A stretch of DNA of 64,000 nucleotides from Octopus bimaculoides. Lineage: Eukaryota. How positions within the stretch are numbered: position 1 is the first letter of the stretch; each line of letters starts with the position of its first letter. The translations under genes and the position numbers were made by a program. The stretch covers positions 35,875,335 through 35,939,334 of the forward strand of contig NC_068983.1 in assembly GCF_001194135.2 (NCBI RefSeq). The letters run 5' to 3'. Positions 49,791-61,917 of this stretch are shown piece after piece. A model generated the notes under the pieces. The model ran no database searches and had not been told where the DNA came from. It saw only the letters and a program-made list of their open reading frames with translations.

Positions 49791-50863
49791 AGCTTTGAAA
49801 AAAATGGGTGATTACACTTGGATTGGCTTTGGTCATAGGTCTGCTCAATCAGGTGTGACTTGGTATTTATTAACATTTTATATTACATATACTGATATCT
49901 AAGAAGTCTAAACGCTTGACAAAGCTCAACCCTCTTCAAACTGTAGATTTTGACTGAAGCTGCAAGTGGAAGGTTTGGAAAGGAGACAGACTGGATTGTC
50001 ACAGCTTGAACACCTCTGATATGTCTACACAATTAGGCTTGACCAAGGGCTATAAAGAGCACCAAATTATGAAGTTCAACCCAGACTGATCTTCGAATCA
50101 ACAAGAAAGTCTCTGTATAGTTACTCAACCTGCTAAAAATAGCAACCAAACTGTCCTTAAATTATACACTACCCTCATAAAATATATGATAACTAAGATT
50201 ATATAGGATAATGTAGTATTAGACATAGGATTTCTGAAAAGAAATAAGATGGGATGGTCATGGCTAAAACACTTTTGCTTATATATCTGATCAATCAGAG
50301 CTGGCATAAATATAAACAAGTAATATATCATTTCTCATAGACTATTAATATGTCTTAATAATACATTCTCAGATGTAATAACTTTTTCTGACATCTTGTG
50401 AATGATGAATGATGTAGTAAAAACATACAGTGAAGGTACCAGTAAAACACTAGGTTTAAACATAGTGTATTATTGGTTTAATCGACTGCCTGTCTCCACA
50501 AAAGAAATTGATCACCAAACATCAATAGGCTCTTAGTCTTATTGTAGAGAAGAAGACACAAGAAAGACTCAAAAACAAAAACTATCAGAAAGGGAATGAA
50601 ATAAAGAGAACGGAAATGTCCATCTTTAAATTTATAAAGAGAAATCAAATTCAAAAATAAAAGTTTATTTTGATACAGAGAGAAAAAAAAGATGTGAATC
50701 TTGATGCAGACATGACAATGTGGTAAGAAGTTTGATTTTCAACCACATGGTTCTGTGTTCAGTTTCACTGGGTGGGACTGTGTGAGCAAGTATCTTCTAT
50801 AACTTGGGACCAACTAAAGCTTTGTACGTGGACTTAGTAGACAGAAACTAAAAATGTCTGTTG

Positions 50864-50910
<47 letters not shown>

Positions 50911-50917
50911 CACACAC

Positions 50918-51330
50918 ATATAAAATTATTAACCATTACACTAACAACCACCTTGAGCACCTTTTTGAGCTCCATGTGTCTAACACACGTGGGCATGCCT
51001 ACAAAGTCAGAAAATAGCACAGCTCCCATGACTTTCAGAAACATTTTTTCACACTCAGAGTTACTGAAGCATGGAACAAACTACCTGCATCAGTTGTTAG
51101 CTGCTGAGACATTGCATCCTTTAAAACCTCCATGCTTCCTGAAATTCACCAACACTACACCTGATATCCCCCCCCCACGCCATACACATGTACACATGTA
51201 TATCATGACTCATACACTGGTCACTTTCCTGACTTTTGTACATAATTCTATGTACTGTGTATGCACCTTTGATGAGTTGTAGTGCACCTGAGCACTATAC
51301 ACAATAATTTCGTTATTATGATTATTATAC
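50918..51330 (+). mobile_element. CR1-type LINE 3' end
   Basis: SNTRGHAYKVRK*..KHFFTLRVTEAWNKLPASVVSC*DIASFK matches the CR1 C-terminal TRGH..K..FF..RV...WN.LP..VV....FK motif; (ATT)-like tail at ~51310-51330. Confidence 0.85.
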
Positions 51331-51379
51331 GAACAGTAGTCGCTCATACACCAAGAATCTTTCAGCAATTTCTTACTGA

Positions 51380-51597
51380 ACAACTTACCCAAATGATCGG
51401 TTTACAGTGATCAAATGTATGTGTTGTACATTAGCACATTCCGTCCATCAAATCAATATTGCCTGAACAGATGCACTGTGCATCATGTCAGATGCTGAAA
51501 TGATTGCAGAGCAATGTGGGATAAAATACACCATCAGGAATTGAAACCACAATCTCACAATTGTGAGTGCAATACCATAACCACTAGGCCTTGTGCA
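51380..51597 (-). mobile_element. tRNA-headed SINE of a further family, degenerate
   Basis: Revcomp head GGCCTAGTGGTTATGGTATTGCACTCAC..GTGGTTTCAATTCC (A and B boxes). Confidence 0.55.
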
Positions 51598-52314
51598 TTC
51601 AATATATATGTGGGTGTGTCTTCATGTCTGTCCCCCCCCCCCACTGCTTGAGAACTGGTATTGGTTTGTTTACATTCCCAAAACTTAGTGGTTTGGCAAA
51701 AGAGACCACTTGAATAAGTACCAGGCTTAAAAAAATTTAGTACTAGAATCAATTTGTTTGACTACATATGATAAAGGACAATACAAAATATTAACCCATT
51801 AACTGTATTTAATATGCAAAATGCTTTCCTGAGCCATTGTCCAGAAATTGCCATCAACTGATCTAATTGGAGTTATTTCTCTTGTTTTTAGCTCTTTTAA
51901 ACACTCCAAGAGAGAGATTTTTGTCTACAAATTGTTTGGATAATTTCAATGGATCAGGATTTTTTGTCTAAGTATATTTTATATGCAAGACCCTACTGTA
52001 TATGTATGTAGTCAATAAGCCATATTGGAGAAGTGGAAAACAATAGATGATAATCAGATAAACTAGAAGGAAAAAAAGCAGAACAACTATGATTCAGCAG
52101 ACTTGTGATCAAAGATATTCCAAACATGACCATACTCTCATTTATTCACACAATGTCTCCAGAACCACATTATTTAATACATTCTTGTTTGAAGATCATG
52201 GACTACAATTTGAGAGAACTATGATGGTAACATTGATAGTATTAGTAATGGTGATAATGGTGGTGGTGGTGGTGGTCTTATTTAGCCCCAGGTCAGTCCT
52301 GATCCAGTAAATCT

Positions 52315-52493
52315 TTTTTCTTTATTGCCCACAAGGGGCTAAACATAGAGGGGACAAACAAGGACAAAGGTATTAAGTCGATTACATCGACCCCATCGAC
52401 CTCGAAAGGATGAAAGGCAAAGTCGACCTCGGCAGAATTTGAACTCAGAACATAACGCCAGACGAAATATTGCTAAGCATTTCTGCCAGCTCG
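52315..52493 (-). mobile_element. SINE family C (variant tail) inserted in a family F copy, with 11 bp TSD
   Basis: CCAGTAAATCT at 52304-52314 and 52494-52504; same tail variant as 28196-28401. Confidence 0.9.
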
Positions 52494-52733
52494 CCAGTAA
52501 ATCTATGATCAAAGATAGTTCAGCTGTGCACCCCCACTTTTCTTTTTGTTTTCTTTAAATATAATGTATCTAGGTCTACAATATTTAATGTGTCTTCCTT
52601 TTTAAGACTGCAGGGGATTATTGGCAGAGAAATGGCNNNNNNNNNNNNNNNNNNNNNNNNNNNNNNNNNNNNNNNNNNNNNNNNNNNNNNNNNNNNNNNN
52701 NNNNNNNNNNNNNNNNNNNNNNNNNNNNNNNNN

Positions 52734-52771
<38 letters not shown>

Positions 52772-53650
52772 TCTCTGTGAGCATGTTAAATTAAAATCTA
52801 AATAGACAGAAAAAAATTTTCCCATCAAGAACATCAGCAGAAAAGTAGTTTAATTGGGAAAATTTTGTCAGTGGTAACAAAAAATAGAAAGAAATAAAAA
52901 AAGGAACTCATGACGATATAAATAAAAATAGCTGTTTAAAGAAGTATAGGTGAAATATAACTTACGGGAAAATTCACTGATAATAAAGAAACGGGAAAAT
53001 GTGTGTCTGTGTGAATGTCTACAGCATTTGTGATTGTCTGCACATACACATACATAAAAATGATTTGTATGTTGTGTCTGTATGATGATTTTGCAGTTTG
53101 TTTACACTTTATAATGTGCATATGTGTAGTTTGTATGCATGTGGTTAAGTTGACTTGTGTGAAAATATCTAAGTCTTCATTTACATCTATGTCGTTTTTG
53201 CAATTTTGTGTGCACTTAGAGTGTGTCGCTTGTTTATTACATATGTGAACATCTATGCATTCTTTGTATGTATGTATATAGGTTTATGTACAATATATAT
53301 ATATATATATATACATACATGTGCATGTGTAGATATATGAGCCTATCAAACGTATGAATGCATACGTATAATTTGGAAGTGTGTATACATTCCTGTGCAG
53401 ATATGTCAATGCAAAGCATGCAAAAATGTCGAAATGCCTGCATCTGTATGTGCCCATAATACATATGTGCATGCATGTCAACAATTGTGTGCATGCATGT
53501 CAGCAATTGAGTGCATGCATACATTGCAAGATGAGGGCCAAGTTGTAGACTGAAGGATTATGTATTCTACAAAAGTGGTTCTTACTTAGAATGTATGATT
53601 GCAATGGAGCCAATAAAACAGGGATTCCAAAGGTTTTCTTACAACACATT

Positions 53651-53879
53651 TTAACTCTTTAATATTCAGATTACTCTATCAAATATAATACTTTTTTATT
53701 CACATTGTTTTGAATTAATCAGGTATTACCTCATGGCTTTAAGATCCTGATGATGTGATTGTCGATTTTTAGACTGACATTATTGGGTAGGTGTGAGAGG
53801 CCAGATCTGGCTGGTTTGAAGATAAAACAGATAGAATATTTGGACCCCGATATGGCTAGTCTAAATACTACAGAATTAA
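53651..53879. mobile_element. piggyBac-like MITE family 2, full length, diverged
   Basis: TTAA|CTCTTTAATATTCAG ... CTAAATACTACAGAA|TTAA; two further copies in the window. Confidence 0.65.
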
Positions 53880-54835
53880 AGTAAATACAAACACTCTGCT
53901 ACACTTCATGCCTAAAGTAAAAAAAAGATGTATCTAAAAAAAATAATCTATTTATGTATATTATATGCATAATTATATAAATGATTTAAAATTATAGAAA
54001 ATTAAGTACTTCCATCTGTATTCAGTAACTGAAGCATAATTATAAAGACTGTATATTTTGAATTTCAATTTGCATTTTACACAGTTTAATTATAATCTTA
54101 TTTTTTATGCTACTTCTAGGTATACACAAGTGTCATAAAACACTGGGAACCACAATAATAAAGGATAATGAGAGCTCTTAAGAGAACAACAATGAAAGGC
54201 TAAGGCACAAAAGGCAGCAGTACTGCAGTTTATATACTAAAAAACAGTGCATTTTATTTATCCTCTGCAATGAGAATTCACTGAATAGACAAGCGAGTAC
54301 ACCAATGCTAAATTTGGTGACCTAAAAAGAAAGACCTATTGATCACAAGAGGTAAACAAATTTGCAAATTTATAAATCTGATAACAAAAATAAGTTTATA
54401 AAATTCTTAAAAATAACAAAGGAAAGGGTGATGGTCAAATGGAAAGGATTAGGGCCAGCTGAGAGCATAGAGTGTACAAATGAAAAACATACTGCTCAGA
54501 ACTATCACACATTGGAAAGCTAGAACCAGGAAATGATATTTATCAGTGATTATTACAAAATGAGAAGTTATAATCACTAAAATCAATTACATCAATTATA
54601 TCAAAATAATTAAATTATTTAGTAGTATTTATAAAATATGGTTTCCAACAGTGGTACTAAGCAACTGACAAATTTGGACATGCTGATCTATTCAGACTGA
54701 ATTTCATAATTTAGTTAAATTAATTAAACTAAAGAGAAATGTTCAGACTATTAATTTTATTTAGAATGTACATCAACAATATATCTTTCTACACAACATT
54801 TTGACTCATTTGGTATCCAATCACCATCAGGTGAT

Positions 54836-54870
<35 letters not shown>

Positions 54871-55242
54871 TGGCACTTCGTCGCTTACGACGTTGAGGGT
54901 TCCAGTTGATCCGATCAATGGAACAGCCTGCTCGTGAAATTAACGTGCAAGTGGCTGAGCACTCCACAGACACGTGTACCCTTAACATAGCTCTCGGGAA
55001 TATTCAGCGTGACACAGTGTGACAAGGCTGACCCTTTGAATTACAAGCACAACAGAAACAGGAAGAGTGAGAGAAAGTTGTGGTGAAAGAGTACAGCAGA
55101 GTTCGCCACCATCCCCTGACGGAGCCTCATGAAGCTTTAGGTGTTTACGCTCAATAAACACACACAACGCCCAGTTTGGGAATCAAAACCACGATCCTAT
55201 GACCATGAGTCCGCTGCCCTAACCGCTGGGCCATTGCGCCTC

Positions 55243-55244
<2 letters not shown>
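54871..55244 (-). mobile_element. Full-length tRNA-derived SINE (family E); older body fragment at ~2350-2450
   Basis: Revcomp begins TGGAGGCGCAATGGCCCAGCGGTTAGGGCAGCGG..GGTTTTGATTCC; CpG-rich; sits inside (GT)n/(TA)n. Confidence 0.85.
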
Positions 55245-55276
<32 letters not shown>

Positions 55277-56089
55277 TATATGAGGCACAAGTGCTAGATA
55301 AAAATTCTTAAATGTAATAATGGAAATATTCTACTTTATTTTATTACATTCCATTTCATTTCATTTCCTTGAAAAATCTGAAAACTTTCTACAGCTCTAT
55401 ATAAGTATACTATGGGAACAATTCTTTCATTTCTTCAGACTAGCCTTATTACTAATATACAATTCAGTACACCACCCAAGACATTTTATTCTTTTATATG
55501 TGCACACACATACACACACACATGTGCGTGTGTTTAGAAAGAGAGAGAGATACATACACACGGTCCAATCAAATTGATGGAGGATTGACCAAACAACGGT
55601 CATTTTCTAACAGAGTATATAAACCGAAACTACTGCTCAATGTACAAATTTATAAAACCCCAAACCATTCAGGAATGAGTTACTTAATGACAACAATATA
55701 GATATAAATAAGTGAATATACACTCTAAAGTTGTTAATAGCAATTTTATTAACTCACAACATGTTAGATATATTTAGAAATTTAAAGAGAAATAGTTACT
55801 TGCAAAATGTCTGTCAAACTTTTAAAAAAGTCATCACTGATCAATTCTATCAATTAAGTTCAATTAACTTTCTTGATAAATAGTTACTAAATATAGTATC
55901 TAATGACTGTTGTGAAATTACAAGCAGACTTTGAAAAACTGATATCACAATGCTCAAAAAAAACCAATATCACAAGGCCTAAATTCATCAATTTTGTTAA
56001 ATTAGTTGTAATTAGACTGTGAGTAAATTTTGAAGCTTATTGTAACTCTATTATAATAATAATAATAATAACAATAATAATAATAATAA

Positions 56090-56312
56090 CTTTCCACGAT
56101 AGGCACAAGGCCTGGATTTTGTGGGGAGGGAGATTGTCGATTACATAGACCCAAGTGTTTCACTGGTACTTAATTTATCGACCCAGAAAGGATGAAAGGC
56201 AAAGTCGACCTCAGTGGAATTTGAACCCAGAAAATAAAGAACCAGAAGAAATGGTGCTAGGCATTTTATCGGGTGCATTATTAATGCGGTAAGCTGGTGC
56301 CAGCACACTGCC

Positions 56313-56313
<1 letters not shown>
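56090..56313 (-). mobile_element. SINE family C in (AAT)n
   Basis: (AAT)n on both flanks. Confidence 0.85.
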
Positions 56314-56344
<31 letters not shown>

Positions 56345-56834
56345 CTATTTCAGATTAATAAGTGGATATAATACAAAAGATAAGTACTAACATAGCATCG
56401 AAGATGGCAGAAGCATTATTGATTTAAAGTACTTCCATAGACCATAAAAATGAGCAAGTTGGGTTTGGGTGTGAGGTAGACGGGGTGGGGGGAGTATTTC
56501 GCCATCACACAGCAACTCTCCTTGCTTTCAAAGAGAGCAAGGCAAGTAAGATTTTAAGAATTTCTATTCAACTTGTCTGCTTTCTGATTCAAGAAATTTA
56601 TAGATTTAGTTTGAGAACTACACTAAATAAATGACTTCTCTTTCTGGAAAAGAAATGGAGAATGAGAATTTGAAAACATGCATGTCTTTCCAAAGATGAT
56701 TAATAATGTTACTCAAGTGGTTTTTGACTGCATTTTCTTTTTTTTTTCATCTTTCAGAGAATGACATGAATGTCACCTCTACATGTGTGATTAGTCAAAA
56801 GAAACCATTATTATTATTATTATTATTATTATTA

Positions 56835-56870
<36 letters not shown>

Positions 56871-56871
<1 letters not shown>

Positions 56872-57082
56872 GACAGCAAGCTGGCAGAATCATTAGCATG
56901 CCAGGCAAAATACTTAGCAGTATTTTGTCTACAGCTATGTTCTGAGTTCAAATTCTGCCTAAGTCAACTTTACCTTTCATCCTTTCAGGGTCAATAAATT
57001 CAGTACCAGTTGAGTACTGGGGTCGATATAATTGACTTACCCCTCCCCCAAATTTCAGGCCTTGTGTCTATAGTAGAAAGGT
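56871..57082 (+). mobile_element. SINE family C following (ATT)n
   Basis: Head follows a ~65 bp (ATT)n tract. Confidence 0.85.
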
Positions 57083-57087
57083 TTAGT

Positions 57088-57704
57088 TGATGCCAGTGCC
57101 CCCCACCCCGACTGGCTCCTGTGCCAGTGGCATGTAATAAGCACCATTCAAGCGTAGGTCAATGCCAGATCCACCTGACTGGTTCCCCGTGCCAGTGGCT
57201 CGTAAAAAGCACCATCTGAACATGATCATTGCCCCGACTGGCTCCTGTGCCAGTGACACATAAAAAGCACTATTCGAACGTGGTCAAAGCCAGTGACCCC
57301 GCCTCCCGACAGGCTCCTGTGTGGGCTGCATGTAATAAGCACCATTCAAGCGCAGGTCAATGCCAGTGCCGCCTGACTGACTCCCCATGCTGATGGCACA
57401 TAAAGAGCACCATCTGAATGTGGTTGATGCCAGTGCCCCAACAACTGGCTTCTGTGCCAGTGACATGTAAAAAGCACCATCCAAACATGGTTGATGTCAG
57501 TGCCTCCTCACTGGCTCCTGTGCCGGTGGCACGTAAAAAGCATCCACTACACTCTCGGAGTGGTTGGCATTAGGAAGGGCATCCAGCTGTAGAAACCATG
57601 CCAGATCAGATTGGAGCCTAGTGCAGCCTAATGGCTCACCAGTCCTTGGTCAAACTGTCCAACCCATGCCAGCATGGAAAACAGACATTAAACGATGATG
57701 ATGA
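57088..57704 (+). mobile_element. RTE LINE 3' end with seven ~60-70 bp UTR repeat units
   Basis: (G)ACTGGCTCCTGTGCCAGTGGCA.GTAAAAAGCACC-type cores at ~57110, 57177, 57236, 57308, 57376, 57444, 57510, then terminal domain and (GAT)n. Confidence 0.9.
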
Positions 57705-57951
57705 TTATTATAATCATTATTATTAAAGCAGTAGATTGACAGAATCATCAGAATGTCATAAAAAAAGCCATGTGTCATTTGCTCCAGTTCTTAAGATTCT
57801 GAATCCAAATCCCTTTGAGACTAACTTTGTCTTTTATCCCACTGGGGTTGATTAAAATAGAGTACTATTGAAGTTATAGTGCCAATTTGACTCATGCCAC
57901 TGCCTCAAAGTTGTTGGCCTTGAGTCTAAATTAGAAAATTTAGATGAGGTA

Positions 57952-58187
57952 GTCCTTTAGTTAATGTATCTATTTTGAGATGCTTTATGTTTCTTTCAAT
58001 TAATTTTAAATATAACAAAGAATTTAGTAAAATGACTTAGCTATCATTAAGCTAGTGTTAGGAACATAAATTGTGACTAAGGTTTGGTGGAAGATTTTAA
58101 TTCAAAACCTATGAAAACAAGACATTTGTACTCAGAGCCAGAGCTGATTTCAGCCGGGTTGGTAACGAAAGGGTGAAGGCATTGCCT
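57952..58187 (-). mobile_element. piggyBac-like MITE family 1, copy c
   Basis: Revcomp of 12736-12956; right end GGTAACGAAAGGG|TGAA. Confidence 0.8.
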
Positions 58188-58204
58188 TTCATCTGCCTGA
58201 AGGA

Positions 58205-58960
58205 CTGCAAGACAAGGGAATGCTAGAGTAAAGAATAAGAGATGAAAGAATATGAGAGGAAAGACTACGAGACGAAGGAATGCGAGACGAGGAAATGCGA
58301 GACGCAGGAATGCGAGACGAAGGAATGCGAGACGAAGGAATGAGAGTCGAAGGAATGCGAGTCGAAGGAATGCGAGATGAGGAAATGCGAGACGAAGCAA
58401 TGCGAGACGAAGCAATACGGGACGAAGGAATGCGAGACGAGAAAGTGCGAGACGAGGAAATGCAAGACAAGGAAATGCGAGACGAGGGAATGCTAGAGTA
58501 AAGACTGTGAGATGAAGGAATGCGAGATGAAGGAATGCTAGACGAAGGAAAGCAAGGCGATGGAACGCGAGGCGAAGAAACACGAGACAAAGGAATGCGA
58601 GGCGAAGGAACACGAGGCGAAGAAATGCAAAGTGAAGAAACGCGAGGCAAAGAAACACGAGACGAAGGAATGCGAGACGAAGGAATGCGAGATGAAGCAA
58701 TGCGAAATGAAGGAATGCGAAAAGGGAGGAATACCAAATGAAGGAATGAGAGAAGAAGGAATGCAAGTTGAGGGAATGCTAGTCAAAGTAATGCGAGACG
58801 AAAGAATGCAAGATAAATGCGATTCAAGGAATGCAGGAAGAATGCAATGCAAAGAATGTGATTCAAAGAATGCGAGAAGAAAGCAAGTGGAAAGAAAGAA
58901 TGTGATGCAAAGAATGCGAGATAAGAATGCAATGCAAAGAATTCAACAGAGGGAATGAGA
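58205..58960. repeat. 15 bp minisatellite (GAAGGAATGCGAGAC)n with ~270 bp higher-order period
   Basis: Roughly 45-50 units; marker GGGAATGCTAG at 58216, 58486, 58772. Confidence 0.95.
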
Positions 58961-59344
58961 AGGAGGGGGAAATGTAAAAGAAAGTGAATGGGAAAGAAAA
59001 TTTTCTAAAATGTTGCTTTTAACAGACATTGATAATACAATATTAAAAAAAACTGCTGCATGTGTAATCGAAAGATTAAGACTTTTCCATGTAAAAACAT
59101 GGTTTTATTATATGAATAAATTTGAAACTTAATTTTCCAATACTTTCCAGTTAGTTAAATATACTTTCAAAATAACTGGAGCATTACATTGCATCCTGCC
59201 ACCCTGCATCACTCTATTAACATCATCACTGACTAATTAGTTAAAAAGCGATTTTTTTTTTTTTTGCTTTCTACTGCCATCTCCACCAATGCAGAGACGT
59301 TGTTTTGTTATTATTACCATTATTATTATTATCATCATCAGAAC

Positions 59345-60736
59345 ATCAAGCTAACAGAATCATTAGCATGCCAAACAAAATGCTTAGCAGCATTTCATCT
59401 GTCATTGCGTTCTGAGTTCAAATTCCGTTGAGGCTGACTTTGCCTTTCATCATTTTGGGATCAATAAGATAAGTACCAGTTGAGTACTGGGGTCGATGTA
59501 AATCAACTTATACCCTACCCTGAAATTACTGGCCCTGTGCTAAAATTTGAAACTATTATTATTATTATCAAGGCATTAAGCTGGCAGAATCTTTAGCACA
59601 CCAATCAAAATACTTAGCAGCATAGGCTTTACATTCTGGGTTCAAATTCCGCTGAGGTCAGCTTTGCTTTTCATCTTTTCAGGATTGATAAAATAAGTAC
59701 CAGTTGCATACTAGGGTCAATATCATCAACTAGTCCCCTCCCCAAAATTTCAGACCTTGTGCTTATAATAGAAAAGATTATTATTATTATTATTACTATT
59801 ATTATTTAAGGCGGCGAGCTGGCAGAATCGTTAGCATGCCGGGCAAAATTCTTAGTGGTATTTCGTCTGTCGCTACGTTCTGAGTTCAAATTCAGCTGAG
59901 GTCAACTTTGCCTTACATCCTTTCGGGGTTGATAAGTACCAGCTGAGAACTGAGGTCGATGTAATCGACTATGCCTCTCCTCCACATTTCAGGCTTTGTG
60001 CCTACAGTAGAAAGGATTATTATTATTATTATTAGTATTAATGCAACGAAGAGGCAGAATCGTTAGCACACCAGGTGAAATGCTTAGTGGTATTTCGTCT
60101 GCCGCTACGTTTTAAGTTCAAATGCTGCCGAGGTTAACTTTGCCTTTCAACCTTTCAGGATCGATAAAGTACCAGTTGCATACTGGGCTCGATGTAATCA
60201 ACTAGTCTCCTCCCCAAAAATTTCAGGCCTTGTACTTATAATAGAAAAGATTATTATTGTCATCAATGCAGAATCTTTAGCATGCAGAACAAAATGCTTA
60301 ATGGCATTTCCTCTGTCATTATGTTCTAAGTTCAAATTCTGCTGGGATCACTTTGCTTTTAATCCTTTCAGGGTCAATTTAATAAATACACTGGAGCCAA
60401 TGTAATCAACTTAACCCTCCCCTCAAATGTGCCAAATTTATAAAGAATTATTGTTATTATTAAGACAGTGAGCTGACAGGATTGTTATCATTGCAGACAA
60501 AATATTTAGCAGCATTTCTTTTGGCTCTTTATGTTCTGGGTTCAAATCCTATTGAGGTCGACATTGAGCACCGGGGTCAACGTAATCGTCTTACCCACTC
60601 CTGATTGATAAAATAAGTACCAGTTACACACTGGGGACCGATGTAATTAACTAGCCCACTCCCACTAAAATTTTAGGCCTTGTACCTATAGTAGAAAGGA
60701 TTATTACTATTATTATTAGATCAGAAGCCATGAGAG

Positions 60737-60769
<33 letters not shown>

Positions 60770-60979
60770 GCGGTAAGCTGGCAGAAGCGTTAGTGCACTG
60801 GATGAAATGCTTCGCAGTATTTCGCCCGCCACTACATTCTGAGTTCAAATTCCACTGAAGTTGACTTTGCCTTTCATTTTTTCGGGGTCGATAAATTAAG
60901 TACCAGTTGCATACTGGGGTCGATCTAATCGACTCATCCCCTCCCCCAAAATTGCTGCCCTTGTGGCAAAATTTGAAGC

Positions 60980-61020
<41 letters not shown>
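59345..61020 (+). mobile_element. Head-to-tail stack of seven SINE family C copies
   Basis: Heads at ~59345, 59569, 59808, 60041, 60265, 60461, 60770, each after the (ATT)n tail of the previous copy. Confidence 0.92.
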
Positions 61021-61021
<1 letters not shown>

Positions 61022-61307
61022 GGCTGTTGTTGCAGAATCAGCAGAATAGTCAGTCAAACTTAGCCTATAATCATTGTGGTGTTGATAAATACAAATGTGG
61101 ACCTGCTCAACTATATCGTCCTCAGAGATCTTTGGCCTTTTCTTTATATTAGAAACTATTACATTAATATTATCATCATTGACATGATCATCAACAGCAA
61201 CCCCTCAGCAGTAGTTGATGTAAATAGTGATTAGGGACTGAAAAATCCTTGGAAGTTTTGTTTAGAAAATAATAGCAGAGATTGTAAATGGTAAATCCTT
61301 GTTGAAG

Positions 61308-61580
61308 TCTGGTACTTATTCTATCAATCACTTTTTGTCAAACTGCTAAGTTACAAGGACGTAAACAAACCAACACCAGTTGTCTAGTAGTAGGGGAATA
61401 AATGCAAACACACACACACACAAAGGGCTTTCACACAATTCCTGTCTACCAAATTCACTCACAAGACATTGGTTAGTCTTGGGCAGTAATAGAAGCACCT
61501 TACCCAAAATGCCAAGCAGTAGGACTGAACTAGAAACCACATGGTTGTGAAGTGAGCTTCTTAATCACACAGCCATGCCT
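61308..61580 (-). mobile_element. SINE family A, tail-truncated (another on - strand at 62255-62595; partial + copies at 50718-50865 and 51610-51765)
   Basis: Alignment to family A. Confidence 0.75.
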
Positions 61581-61689
61581 GAAGCTTTTATTTTATCTTC
61601 TGAGGTATCCATGTGTCTACTCTACAGCAAGACACATACTCCACACTCCTAGTTGAGGGGGTTTTGTGTTGCAGCATACTTGGTGACTC

Positions 61690-61880
61690 TGTCAGTGCTG
61701 GTGCCACATGAAAAAGCACCCAGTATACTTTGTAAAGTGATTAGCATTAGGAAGAACATCCACTTTTAGAGACCATGCCAAAACACAACGATAGAGCCTG
61801 ATACATAACTATAGAGCTTTGTCAGCTCCTGTCAAACCATCCAACCCATGCCAGCATAGAAAACTCATGTTAAATAATAA
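61690..61880 (+). mobile_element. RTE-type 3' end, older
   Basis: AAAAAGCACCCAGTA..TTAGGAAGAACATCC..CAAACCATCCAACCCATGCCAGCAT. Confidence 0.7.
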
Positions 61881-61917
61881 TGAAACTCAGTATAATCATT
61901 GAACAATATTTACCTTT

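Noticed and set aside
54871-55244. tRNA gene-like sequence (also family A and C heads)
   Set aside because: A/B boxes present but they continue into SINE bodies with tails; no intact cloverleaf evident; counted as SINE heads.
56758-56800. Strong acceptor (TTTTTGAC..TTTTTCATCTTTCAG) followed by NDMNVTST
   Set aside because: No convincing donor; runs into (ATT)n. Similar isolated splice-like signals at 31440-31497, 36108 and 54319 were also insufficient.
57110-57545. CRISPR-like repeat-spacer pattern
   Set aside because: Eukaryotic context, no cas genes, linkers are homologous to each other, cores vary, and the array is part of an RTE 3' UTR found many times in the window.
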